Shown: piece by piece, positions 30,077-38,192 of the stretch
Layout of the letters: each line of letters starts with the position of its first letter
Numbering within the stretch: the stretch's first letter is position 1
NCBI GenBank assembly: GCA_048939765.1
Contig: JBHLPF010000005.1
Span: forward strand, 1 to 64,000
DNA: 64,000 bases
DNA from: Promethearchaeota archaeon
GTDB lineage: Archaea; Asgardarchaeota; Thorarchaeia; Thorarchaeales; Thorarchaeaceae
Direction: 5' to 3'
Position numbers and translations under genes: made by a program
The notes under the pieces: generated by a model
The model's database searches: none
Told to the model about the DNA's origin: nothing
Seen by the model: the letters and a program-made list of their open reading frames with translations, nothing else

Positions 30077-30907
30077 TTGTCCATTGATACAACAAAGGTC
30101 AGATACATCTCTCTTATCCGAATGGAAGGCGGAGAGTCAGTTCTCAACGTTCCCTACGCTGAGATGACCGTTGATCCGGACCTTATTGCAGGCTTTGTGA
30201 CGGCGGTGATCATCTTTGCCAAGACTCCAATTCGAACAATAAGAAAAGCTGCGTATGATATTCTAATTGAAGTTGGAGAAACTGTGTTGGTGCTTCTTGT
30301 CGTTGACCCAGTTCCGGATGAATCTCCATATCGTGAGAAGCTCAAGAAGATTCTACAGAATGTTGAATCAACGCATGGCAGGAAACTGAGGGATTTTGAG
30401 GGCGATGTCAGAATATTCAGGGATTTTGCTCTAAACATTATCAAAGAGTTTCCATACATGGAGATCGACCTTGATTTGGTGCCTATACGCAGGTCTGGAG
30501 GATCTCGAATAGGCTTTCGTGTTGGCGATGTTGATAAGAAGCTCGAACAGGTTGAAGCCTTCATCAATGGAAAACGCACTGTTGCAGAGATACTTGATTT
30601 GATTGGTCTGCCAGAAGAAGAGGTTCTCGCGGCTATCTCTGCTCTTGCCAAGTATAAATGGATAGGCTTCAAACGCAGGCTTACCGAGAATGATATTCTT
30701 GTACGCAATGACTGTCACGACGTAGATATTGACAAGCTTCGAATCCAATACGAAGCCAATGCAGTAGATGGTTTGATTGCTAGTTTTGATGGTGTGAAAT
30801 CGATTACCGAAGTCTTTCAATCATTGCAAAATGATCGCTATGATCGCAATGCACTTTGGTTTTTAATTCACAAGCTTGTAGAATACGGTTGCCTCACTCC
30901 TGCCTAA
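30077..30907 (+). CDS. Paralogous longin + double winged-helix protein
   Basis: VRYISLIR.EGGE, DPDLIAGFVTAV, FEGDVRIF, FINGKRTVAEI, FDGVKSITEV. Confidence 0.7.
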   Translation: MSIDTTKVRYISLIRMEGGESVLNVPYAEMTVDPDLIAGFVTAVIIFAKTPIRTIRKAAYDILIEVGETVLVLLVVDPVPDESPYREKLKKILQNVESTHGRKLRDFEGDVRIFRDFALNIIKEFPYMEIDLDLVPIRRSGGSRIGFRVGDVDKKLEQVEAFINGKRTVAEILDLIGLPEEEVLAAISALAKYKWIGFKRRLTENDILVRNDCHDVDIDKLRIQYEANAVDGLIASFDGVKSITEVFQSLQNDRYDRNALWFLIHKLVEYGCLTPA

Positions 30908-30913
30908 TGTGAG

Positions 30914-31738
30914 TCAAAGCGGAGTATCATTTCCGGGTATTCCAACAACATCGCTTCTACATTGCTGACAATGATGAAACTGTTCAATATAGGCGGAAGC
31001 AGTCTTTCTTGCCATTGCTATTTCATGCTCCGAAGGTGCTTGCATCTGTATCATATTGGCGTTTGGGACCAGTGGTACGATATTATGAAGAGTAGCTCCA
31101 GCTTTCGAGATGCTTCTAGCCAAGGAGCCAATGTCGCCCCCGTTTATGGATGGAATAAGAATTGAATTCACCTTTACACGAATGCCAACGCTACTTGCTC
31201 TGCAGATTCCATCCAATTGTTTCTCAATCACGCGTTCACCCATCTTCTCGCCCCGCATCAGATTCCCATCTACTATTGCCCACTCATAGATTCTCGCCGC
31301 AGAGTGAGGATTGACTGTGCTTATTGAAACTGACACTGTTTCAACATTGAGTCGCAGAAGGTTCGGAACATGTTCAGCTAGTAAAACTCCATTTGTGCTT
31401 ATGCAGAAGTGGATGGCAGGAAACGCCATTTTGACTCGCTGAAGAGTGCAGAGTGTTTCATCATTTGCCAATGGCTCTCCAGGGCCTGAGACAGCCACGA
31501 TCTTAAGGTTGGGTCTTTTCTCGATTTCCTCAACAGCTCTGCCTGCAGCATCTTCAGGTGCCATTAGGATTCGAGAAGTACCAGGCATGCTAGTATGGCA
31601 GGCAGAAGCGAGCGCTCTATCACAGAAAGCACATTTCACATTGCACACTCTTGCCACCGGTAGATGAATCCGCTCCCAGATATTGTGCCTGGATTGAGAC
31701 CAACACGGATGGAATTCTGAGGGATAGGCTTGCTGCAT
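30914..31738 (-). CDS. NifB-like radical SAM protein (no NifX domain)
   Basis: HPC, RIHLPVA..CNVKCAFC, SGPGEPLAN, CISTNG, CQQCRSD. Confidence 0.85.
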   Translation of the reverse strand: MQQAYPSEFHPCWSQSRHNIWERIHLPVARVCNVKCAFCDRALASACHTSMPGTSRILMAPEDAAGRAVEEIEKRPNLKIVAVSGPGEPLANDETLCTLQRVKMAFPAIHFCISTNGVLLAEHVPNLLRLNVETVSVSISTVNPHSAARIYEWAIVDGNLMRGEKMGERVIEKQLDGICRASSVGIRVKVNSILIPSINGGDIGSLARSISKAGATLHNIVPLVPNANMIQMQAPSEHEIAMARKTASAYIEQFHHCQQCRSDVVGIPGNDTPL

Positions 31739-31749
31739 TGCTTTGTCAC

Positions 31750-32142
31750 TCAGGTAAGGTCTCGAAGAATCTTGCTTGCCTCCCTCGCCGTGCGCTTCGC
31801 ATCATTGAAGATTAGCCCTAAACTCGCATTTTCAGGGGCAGTTACGGCAAGGAGGTATTCTGAGGGCATTGCAATTACGAGTGTAGAGCCTCGGCTTCCC
31901 TGGATTATTATGGATTTGAGATTCCCCTGACGTAGTTCCCGTACTGCTTGTTCTCCCGCGGAATGAATGCCTGCCACCATTGCAGCCACCGCAACCTCTT
32001 CAGTTCTTCCATGAAAATGGCTCACGAGCGGCAGTCCTTCCACAGAAAGGATGGCGGCACCCAGTATTGGCGAATTATTTGAGAGTTTCTTCAGAACCTC
32101 TTTGAGAATGCTAGGCATATCTTCCGCGACAGGCTTTGCCAA
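31750..32142 (-). CDS. Roadblock/LC7 (MglB/LAMTOR-like) protein
   Basis: AAILSVEGLPL, VAAMVA, IIIQGSRG, ASLGLIF. Confidence 0.88.
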   Translation of the reverse strand: MAKPVAEDMPSILKEVLKKLSNNSPILGAAILSVEGLPLVSHFHGRTEEVAVAAMVAGIHSAGEQAVRELRQGNLKSIIIQGSRGSTLVIAMPSEYLLAVTAPENASLGLIFNDAKRTAREASKILRDLT

Positions 32143-32253
32143 CTTCCATCCCTCGAAATGAATAAATCATCTCTCAAACGGCACTACTATGTCTTTTGGG
32201 AGGCTGGCAGCAAATAAAGCTTGGGAGCATATGTCCTGCAGCCTGGTTTCAGT

Positions 32254-33255
32254 CTATCCTATGAGTCTGACTGATGTCACAGTGTCACTGTATATCAAAC
32301 GAGCGGGAGTCTTCATGATTCTCAGAACATTGTCTGCATGTTTCGCCATTCCGACATCGCGCAACATATCAACGAAATCTAGACCTGTCGTTACTGCTAA
32401 TCCCTTCAGGGGCTTACCTACTCTGCAAGACTCGAGGAGGTCATCAGCAGAAACAATTTTGCATCGTAAGCCATCACCAACATGCTTCTGCAAATGAGAA
32501 ATTCCTTTTCTTGCTATTCCCTTGTTTTCCTTTTGTTCAGTAGTATAGACTCTTCTCTTTGCAATATTGCGGAGTCTTGCCAGTCCTCTTTCGATGACTT
32601 CTTCTGATGTTATTGTGGCTCCATAGAGATAGCTTACATCTTTGGTAGTTGAGGTCACGAGCCACGCCGTACCATAAACCGCTTGGTATCGCATTCCTTT
32701 GAGTATCTCCGACTCACTGAGAAGTGTAATGGAACGATATCCCTTGTACTCAACTGAGATTGTCCAATCTGGGTCCTTGTGTTTCACCATGAGATCTGGA
32801 CTCAGACCCTCCCCAGTCGAGGGGACACTCGTTTCTACGTCAGGAAATAAATGAGTGATATATCCATGAAATGCCTCGTGAAACAGGTTGTGCCTGAGAT
32901 TCCGCGCTTCCTGAGGATGGCGAAGACCGGCCTCCTGATAGAGAACCGGCATCTCCATCTTTTGGCCAGTCTTAAGCCGAACTTCGCTCTTTGTGGTCTG
33001 TTTTCCTCGGGCGTGATTCTCTTGTACAAGGCGAATCGCTGCAGTTCTTCCAAGAAGACGAAACATAGACTTTCCAAGTTCTATACCCTGGGGTGGCTTT
33101 TTTCCATCCTGCTTTCTTTTCGCTTCTTTATAGGCCCAGTCCACTACTTCCTGAGCATCTTCATTGAGCAGATAGAAAATCGAGCTAAGTTTCTCTCCCA
33201 GATTGTACCTCCTCACATACTTCTTCAATTCTGGAGCATACTTAATTCTTCCCAA
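32254..33255 (-). CDS. Hypothetical protein with restriction-endonuclease-like PD-(D/E)XK domain
   Basis: SPDLMV...VEYKG followed by AWLVTS. Confidence 0.55.
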   Translation of the reverse strand: MGRIKYAPELKKYVRRYNLGEKLSSIFYLLNEDAQEVVDWAYKEAKRKQDGKKPPQGIELGKSMFRLLGRTAAIRLVQENHARGKQTTKSEVRLKTGQKMEMPVLYQEAGLRHPQEARNLRHNLFHEAFHGYITHLFPDVETSVPSTGEGLSPDLMVKHKDPDWTISVEYKGYRSITLLSESEILKGMRYQAVYGTAWLVTSTTKDVSYLYGATITSEEVIERGLARLRNIAKRRVYTTEQKENKGIARKGISHLQKHVGDGLRCKIVSADDLLESCRVGKPLKGLAVTTGLDFVDMLRDVGMAKHADNVLRIMKTPARLIYSDTVTSVRLIG

Positions 33256-33298
33256 AGATTCACACTCTCAAGGTCATTTACCAGATGCTTCTCCGGAC

Positions 33299-33955
33299 CT
33301 ACATTATTTCCTTTATCAGCTTGACCTCTTGTGTTTCCTCATCGTAGGACACTAAATCCGCGTTCCTCAGGTCATGGATTGCCTTCATGACCGCAGTAGC
33401 CATAATTCCAGTACTGGATTCAATATTTTTCCTTGTAATAGCTGTCTTTGTGTTGTGCAATGTATATAGCACCCTGGCGTGAGGCTTGCCTCCAAATATG
33501 TTCTCAATAAGAATAATGTAGATTGCTAGCAGATCACTCACATCTACTTTCTCTTGGAGTTTCTCTTTCTCTGCTGATGTTTCGCGGTAGAGTTCAGATA
33601 CTCTTTCCAGTTTCGAATTGATTTCATCCATCTCAGCTCTGAGTTCATCTCTTTCTTTTCGAAGTTCATCAATCTCAGAATCCTTCGTTGTGTCCGACCT
33701 CAGTGTCTCCAATTCTTCGGTTGAACTCTGGAGGGACTCTTTTGTTGACTCAAGTTCAGACTCCACCTTGTTTGCTCTCTCCTCTGCTGCCCACGATTTC
33801 TCCTCAGCTTCCCTCTTGGCAGCGCGGAGTTCTTCTGCCTCACTTGCATATCTATCAATGTCGCCAGACAGCCTATCATGCTCTTCCAACAGTTTGACGA
33901 CTGTGTTCCTCAACTCATCGAATTCTTCGAGAGTCTTCTCTTTATCCAAAGACAT
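33299..33955 (-). CDS. Coiled-coil protein with C-terminal winged helix
   Basis: Acidic heptad region; HARVLYTL..ITRKNIESSTGI..VMKAIHDLRNADLVSYD; start probably MSLDKE. Confidence 0.75.
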   Translation of the reverse strand: MSLDKEKTLEEFDELRNTVVKLLEEHDRLSGDIDRYASEAEELRAAKREAEEKSWAAEERANKVESELESTKESLQSSTEELETLRSDTTKDSEIDELRKERDELRAEMDEINSKLERVSELYRETSAEKEKLQEKVDVSDLLAIYIILIENIFGGKPHARVLYTLHNTKTAITRKNIESSTGIMATAVMKAIHDLRNADLVSYDEETQEVKLIKEIM

Positions 33956-33991
33956 AGTATCTCCACCAATCATGCCTGACTATTCAGTGTC

Positions 33992-34201
33992 TTATATCAG
34001 TTTCACATCATAGTCAAGTGCTTTCGCTTGAATGTACTTCATACATGCTGTTTTCAATTGATTTAGTGGCAACCAAAAAGCCTGAAACTCCTCCAGCTCT
34101 CCTTTCGTCGTCTTTCTCAGCATGGTATTATTCACGCGAATGAGCATTTCATCCTGACCTATCGCCTGAATCGGATTGATTCTGGCGCGGGCATTTGACA
34201 T
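33992..34201 (-). CDS. Small hypothetical protein
   Basis: 69 aa, GAGGTGA RBS, co-oriented within a gene run. Confidence 0.55.
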   Translation of the reverse strand: MSNARARINPIQAIGQDEMLIRVNNTMLRKTTKGELEEFQAFWLPLNQLKTACMKYIQAKALDYDVKLI

Positions 34202-34244
34202 CCGAGTTGCTCATCACCTCTAGGGAAACATACTGTATCTAATA

Positions 34245-35144
34245 CTATAGCATTGGAACCACGAAGTAGCCTGCAAGAAGTGTGGATAAAAGCGAGACCG
34301 TCAACAGTACCCAAATCGGTCTGCTCCATCGAAATATGGTGCTTCCATCAAAACCAGGAATGGGTATCATGTTGAATAGGCCCAGGAATGAATTCAATAG
34401 CATTCCATAGAATATTATGAACTGAACCGCGGAGGCCAAAGGTCCTGTTGTGATTACAATTATCTCTGCAATGATAAAGAGCAGTCCTGCGATTATTATG
34501 TTGGAGAAAGGACCCGCGACAGTTGATTTTGCATAGTCTTCAACGTCCCTCACGCCTCCAACAGCCATCACTCCAGTACCGAAGATGGGGATTGCAAACA
34601 GGATGGCAACTGCAGATAGATAATATCCCTGCATTGTCATCCGGAAGTGTGCGTACATTCCATATCTTTGTGCTACGAATTTGTGGGCAAATTCATGAAT
34701 CATGAATGACAGCCAAAAGATCAAGATCATCGCAATAGGAAACCACCACAATGACGAGAGTAGAAGAGCTGGCATCAATAGGAACCCATTAACAATTGCG
34801 ATTGGTGATACTGGATTGTTGATTCCGAAAATCGCTATGCTAACAAGAATCGTCAAAACAGTGGCAATCCCTAGATCCCTAATCTCGGTATCCGTGAATC
34901 TTTGCTTTCTTGGTTTCTTCACTTTCACTTGACGGTGCTGCATGAATACGTCTTCATCATAGTCTTCGTCATCATATTGGCCTGTAAAGGAGTCAGCAAT
35001 TTTCTGGCGTGCGCCATCCTTGACCTTTTGCATTGCAGTGCAGCCATGTCCCTCAGGAAGTCTGTGATCAGAGCAATAGACTCCTCTGCAATAAGGACAC
35101 ACAAACACTAGATCTTCCTTGCCGCATAAGGAGCAGTTGGCCAT
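34245..35144 (-). CDS. AN1-type zinc finger fused to M50 (site-2) intramembrane metalloprotease
   Basis: CSLC..CPYCRGVYCSDHRLPEGHGC; HEFAH, AGPFSN, FNMIPIPGFDG. Confidence 0.9.
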   Translation of the reverse strand: MANCSLCGKEDLVFVCPYCRGVYCSDHRLPEGHGCTAMQKVKDGARQKIADSFTGQYDDEDYDEDVFMQHRQVKVKKPRKQRFTDTEIRDLGIATVLTILVSIAIFGINNPVSPIAIVNGFLLMPALLLSSLWWFPIAMILIFWLSFMIHEFAHKFVAQRYGMYAHFRMTMQGYYLSAVAILFAIPIFGTGVMAVGGVRDVEDYAKSTVAGPFSNIIIAGLLFIIAEIIVITTGPLASAVQFIIFYGMLLNSFLGLFNMIPIPGFDGSTIFRWSRPIWVLLTVSLLSTLLAGYFVVPML

Positions 35145-35327
35145 AGTTATTGCCTCTCAGAGTTCAGTTTCACACCGAATACAGTCTTTCTTAAGGGTAT
35201 TCGTAGTGGAATTCGATTGTCTTCTTGAGTTGGAATCATGTGCGTTTCCAAAGTTATTAAGAAAATCGTGCATCTTAGTAAAGGTTCATATACTTTCTAA
35301 TGTAACTTTCCAACATACGCTTGAAAT

Positions 35328-35404
35328 CTAGGCTTGTCGAGAGCGGCAATGGCCCATCTTTCAGACGGCCACGCGTGAAGCCTAGCTTCCTGGAAAGCGG
35401 GAGG
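35328..35404 (+). promoter_or_regulatory. Structured 5' leader of hsp20-cdc48 with SD-sequestering hairpin (RNA-thermometer-like)
   Basis: CTAGGCTT/AAGCCTAG, GCG/CGC and TGGCC/GGCCA stems; then CTTCCTG-gaaag-CGGGAGG pairing over GGAGG. Confidence 0.45.
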
Positions 35405-35415
35405 AACCAAGTTTA

Positions 35416-35847
35416 ATGATTGACGATGACGAATTTCAGAAGATTTTCCGCAGAATGATAGAGCAATTCTTTGGCACCTTCGGGATGCAGCCCGGAGGAA
35501 GCGGGATGGACGGATTGTGGGACGGTGGTTTTGATGAATTGGATGAGATACCACTAGATATGCCTCGTGAAGATGCCAGAGTCGAGCGCATAGACCTTGG
35601 AGATACCGTCATCCTAGTTATGGACGACTGTGCTCTTGAAGAGGGCCTCCAAGTGATTGTCAAAGGGAGAGTCGCAACAATTTCCTACGGTCCTGACAAC
35701 CCTGTTCAGACAATCGAGGCTCCCTTTGTCATTGATGCGAATCGTTCCTTTGTTTCGTGCCGAAATGGAGTTGCTGAGATTCGACTGCAGAAGGATGAGA
35801 ATAATAAGGAATCTGATGACGTAGAGAGATTGTTGAGATTCGAATAG
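35416..35847 (+). CDS. Small heat-shock (Hsp20/alpha-crystallin-like) protein, divergent
   Basis: F/M-rich N-terminus, RNGVAEIRLQK; archaeal hsp20-cdc48 gene order. Confidence 0.65.
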   Translation: MIDDDEFQKIFRRMIEQFFGTFGMQPGGSGMDGLWDGGFDELDEIPLDMPREDARVERIDLGDTVILVMDDCALEEGLQVIVKGRVATISYGPDNPVQTIEAPFVIDANRSFVSCRNGVAEIRLQKDENNKESDDVERLLRFE

Positions 35848-35860
35848 AGGGTGTGTTTGG

Positions 35861-38089
35861 ATGGCGGAAAGCACAGACAATTCAATTAGATTGAAGGTCG
35901 CGGCCGCAATGCCGAAGGATCAAGGTCGCGGGATAGTTCGATTGAACACAGAGGTGCGTGATCTTCTCAAGGTACGTTCGGGTGACTATGTCCTGCTAAA
36001 AGGAACAAAAGAAACCGTTGCAGTTTGTTGGCCCAGCCTCAAGGAGGATGAAGTGCTTGATATGGTCAGAATGGATGGCCTCATTCGCGCAAATGCAGGA
36101 GTGAAACTTGGTGAAATGGTGGAGGTTGGGACAATTACCATCCCTGATGCAACCAGGGTTGTTCTAGCACCGAGTCAGCCAGTAAGATTCCAGCCTGGAT
36201 TTGAGGAATACATTAAGCAACAGATAATGAACCGGCCCATGACGAGAGGAGATATCATCCTAATAGCATCCATAGGACAAGGTCTTCAGTTCACTGCGAC
36301 CTCTGTTGGTCCAACCAAGCATGTTAGAGTTACTGCTTCAACCAAACTCGAGGTTCTCACTAGACCTGCAAAGCCTGAGGAGATTACTATCCCACAGGTC
36401 ACTTACGAAGATATAGGCGGTCTGAGCAAGGAGATACAGAAAATCCGAGAAATGGTGGAGCTCCCCATAAAGTCGCCCGAGCTCTTTAGACGTCTCGGAA
36501 TATCACCTCCAAAAGGCGTCTTGTTACATGGTCCGCCTGGAACAGGCAAGACACTTATCGCGAAGGCTGTTGCAAATGAGTCAGGCGCGAACTTCAAGAC
36601 GATTAATGGACCAGAGATAATGTCCAAATTCTATGGCGAATCTGAACAGAAATTGAGGGAGGCTTTTGAGGAAGCCGAGAAGAATGCCCCAAGCATTATC
36701 TTCATCGATGAACTTGACAGCATTGCACCAAAGAGGGCTGAGGTAACGGGAGAAGTTGAGAGAAGGGTCGTTGCCCAACTACTTGCTCTGATGGATGGAC
36801 TGGCCGGCAGAGGACAGGTCATAGTAATTGGAGCCACAAACCGGGTGGATGATGTTGATGAAGCTCTAAGAAGGCCAGGTCGATTTGACCGCGAGATTGA
36901 GATTGGAGTGCCTGATCGACAGGGGCGTCTTGAGATACTTCAGATTCATACCAGATCCATGCCTCTCGAGGAAGGGCTTGACCTTCAACGGTTGGCTTCA
37001 GTCACTCATGGATTCGTGGGTGCGGACCTGGCGGCCCTAGCTAGAGAGGCCGCGATGGAAGCACTCCGCAGAGCACTGCCGCATGTGGACCCTGAAACTG
37101 GAGATATTCCTCCAGATGTGCTTCGTGATCTCTTTGTCACACAGAATGATTTCGATATTGCACTCTCCGGTATCTCACCTTCTGCTCTGAGGGAGGTGCT
37201 TGTGGAAAAACCCAATGTGCAATGGGAGGATATTGGCGGACTGGAAAATGCGAAAAAGGCGCTGTTGGAGTCCGTAGAAGGGCCTCTCAAGTTTCCGGAT
37301 GTTTTCACAGAAATGAAGATTAGGACGCCAAAGGGGATTCTTCTCTACGGTCCGCCAGGCACTGGAAAGACTCTACTCGCTAAGGCAGTCGCCACTACGA
37401 GTGAGGCCAACTTCATCTCAATCAAGGGACCTGAGATATTCAACAAATATGTGGGAGAATCAGAAAAAGCTGTGAGGGAGATCTTCAAGAAAGCTCGACA
37501 GGTTGCTCCATGCGTAATCTTCTTTGATGAGATAGATGCGCTGCTCAGCCAGCGAGGGCAGCAAGATGACACCGGAGTGACACAGAGGATTGTGAACCAG
37601 TTCCTAGCTGAGGTTGATGGACTTCAGACTCTGCAGAATGTCCTTGTTATTGGCGCTACAAATCGTCCAGACATTATGGATCCAGCAATGCTTCGTCCAG
37701 GTCGGTTCGATATTCTATTGCATGTGGAAGCACCAGACAAGAATGCAAGATTGGAAATACTCAAGGTACACACAGTTGCAAGAGGCATTCCTGGTTCCGA
37801 GAATCTCGATTTGGAGAAACTCGCAGAAAAGACAGCCAATTTCTCTGGAGCGGACATTGAGGGCTTGGTAAGAGTGGCGGTGATGATTGCTGTCACTGAA
37901 GGTTCAACGCCCACGAATATTAAGATGAAGGCCAGGAAAATTGAAATGAAGCATTTCGAGGAAGCTCTGAAGACAGTACGACCCACTTTGACACCGAAAG
38001 TGCTGGAATATTATGAGAAGATTTCTGCAGCTCTAGAAGGCCGTCAGATTGAACCAGAGAGATCGGCGCGATCTGATCTTTATGTATAG
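35861..38089 (+). CDS. cdc48: CDC48/VCP (VAT) AAA+ ATPase
   Basis: N-domain; two GPPGTGKT Walker A motifs; FIDE/FFDE; RPGRFD. Confidence 0.97.
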   Translation: MAESTDNSIRLKVAAAMPKDQGRGIVRLNTEVRDLLKVRSGDYVLLKGTKETVAVCWPSLKEDEVLDMVRMDGLIRANAGVKLGEMVEVGTITIPDATRVVLAPSQPVRFQPGFEEYIKQQIMNRPMTRGDIILIASIGQGLQFTATSVGPTKHVRVTASTKLEVLTRPAKPEEITIPQVTYEDIGGLSKEIQKIREMVELPIKSPELFRRLGISPPKGVLLHGPPGTGKTLIAKAVANESGANFKTINGPEIMSKFYGESEQKLREAFEEAEKNAPSIIFIDELDSIAPKRAEVTGEVERRVVAQLLALMDGLAGRGQVIVIGATNRVDDVDEALRRPGRFDREIEIGVPDRQGRLEILQIHTRSMPLEEGLDLQRLASVTHGFVGADLAALAREAAMEALRRALPHVDPETGDIPPDVLRDLFVTQNDFDIALSGISPSALREVLVEKPNVQWEDIGGLENAKKALLESVEGPLKFPDVFTEMKIRTPKGILLYGPPGTGKTLLAKAVATTSEANFISIKGPEIFNKYVGESEKAVREIFKKARQVAPCVIFFDEIDALLSQRGQQDDTGVTQRIVNQFLAEVDGLQTLQNVLVIGATNRPDIMDPAMLRPGRFDILLHVEAPDKNARLEILKVHTVARGIPGSENLDLEKLAEKTANFSGADIEGLVRVAVMIAVTEGSTPTNIKMKARKIEMKHFEEALKTVRPTLTPKVLEYYEKISAALEGRQIEPERSARSDLYV

Positions 38090-38101
38090 TTCATCAATTC
38101 G

Positions 38102-38124
38102 GAGGGTCATTCGCCCCGACCCTC
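38102..38124 (+). terminator. Hairpin after cdc48
   Basis: GAGGGTC-N9-GACCCTC. Confidence 0.35.
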
Positions 38125-38192
38125 TAGCATTTCACTAGGGTCGTAACACTTTTGGCATCCATCTTACACAACACATTGATGTGTGACCTACA

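Noticed and set aside
30914-31738. Evidence of nitrogen fixation
   Set aside because: A NifB-like gene alone, with no nitrogenase genes in the window, is insufficient.
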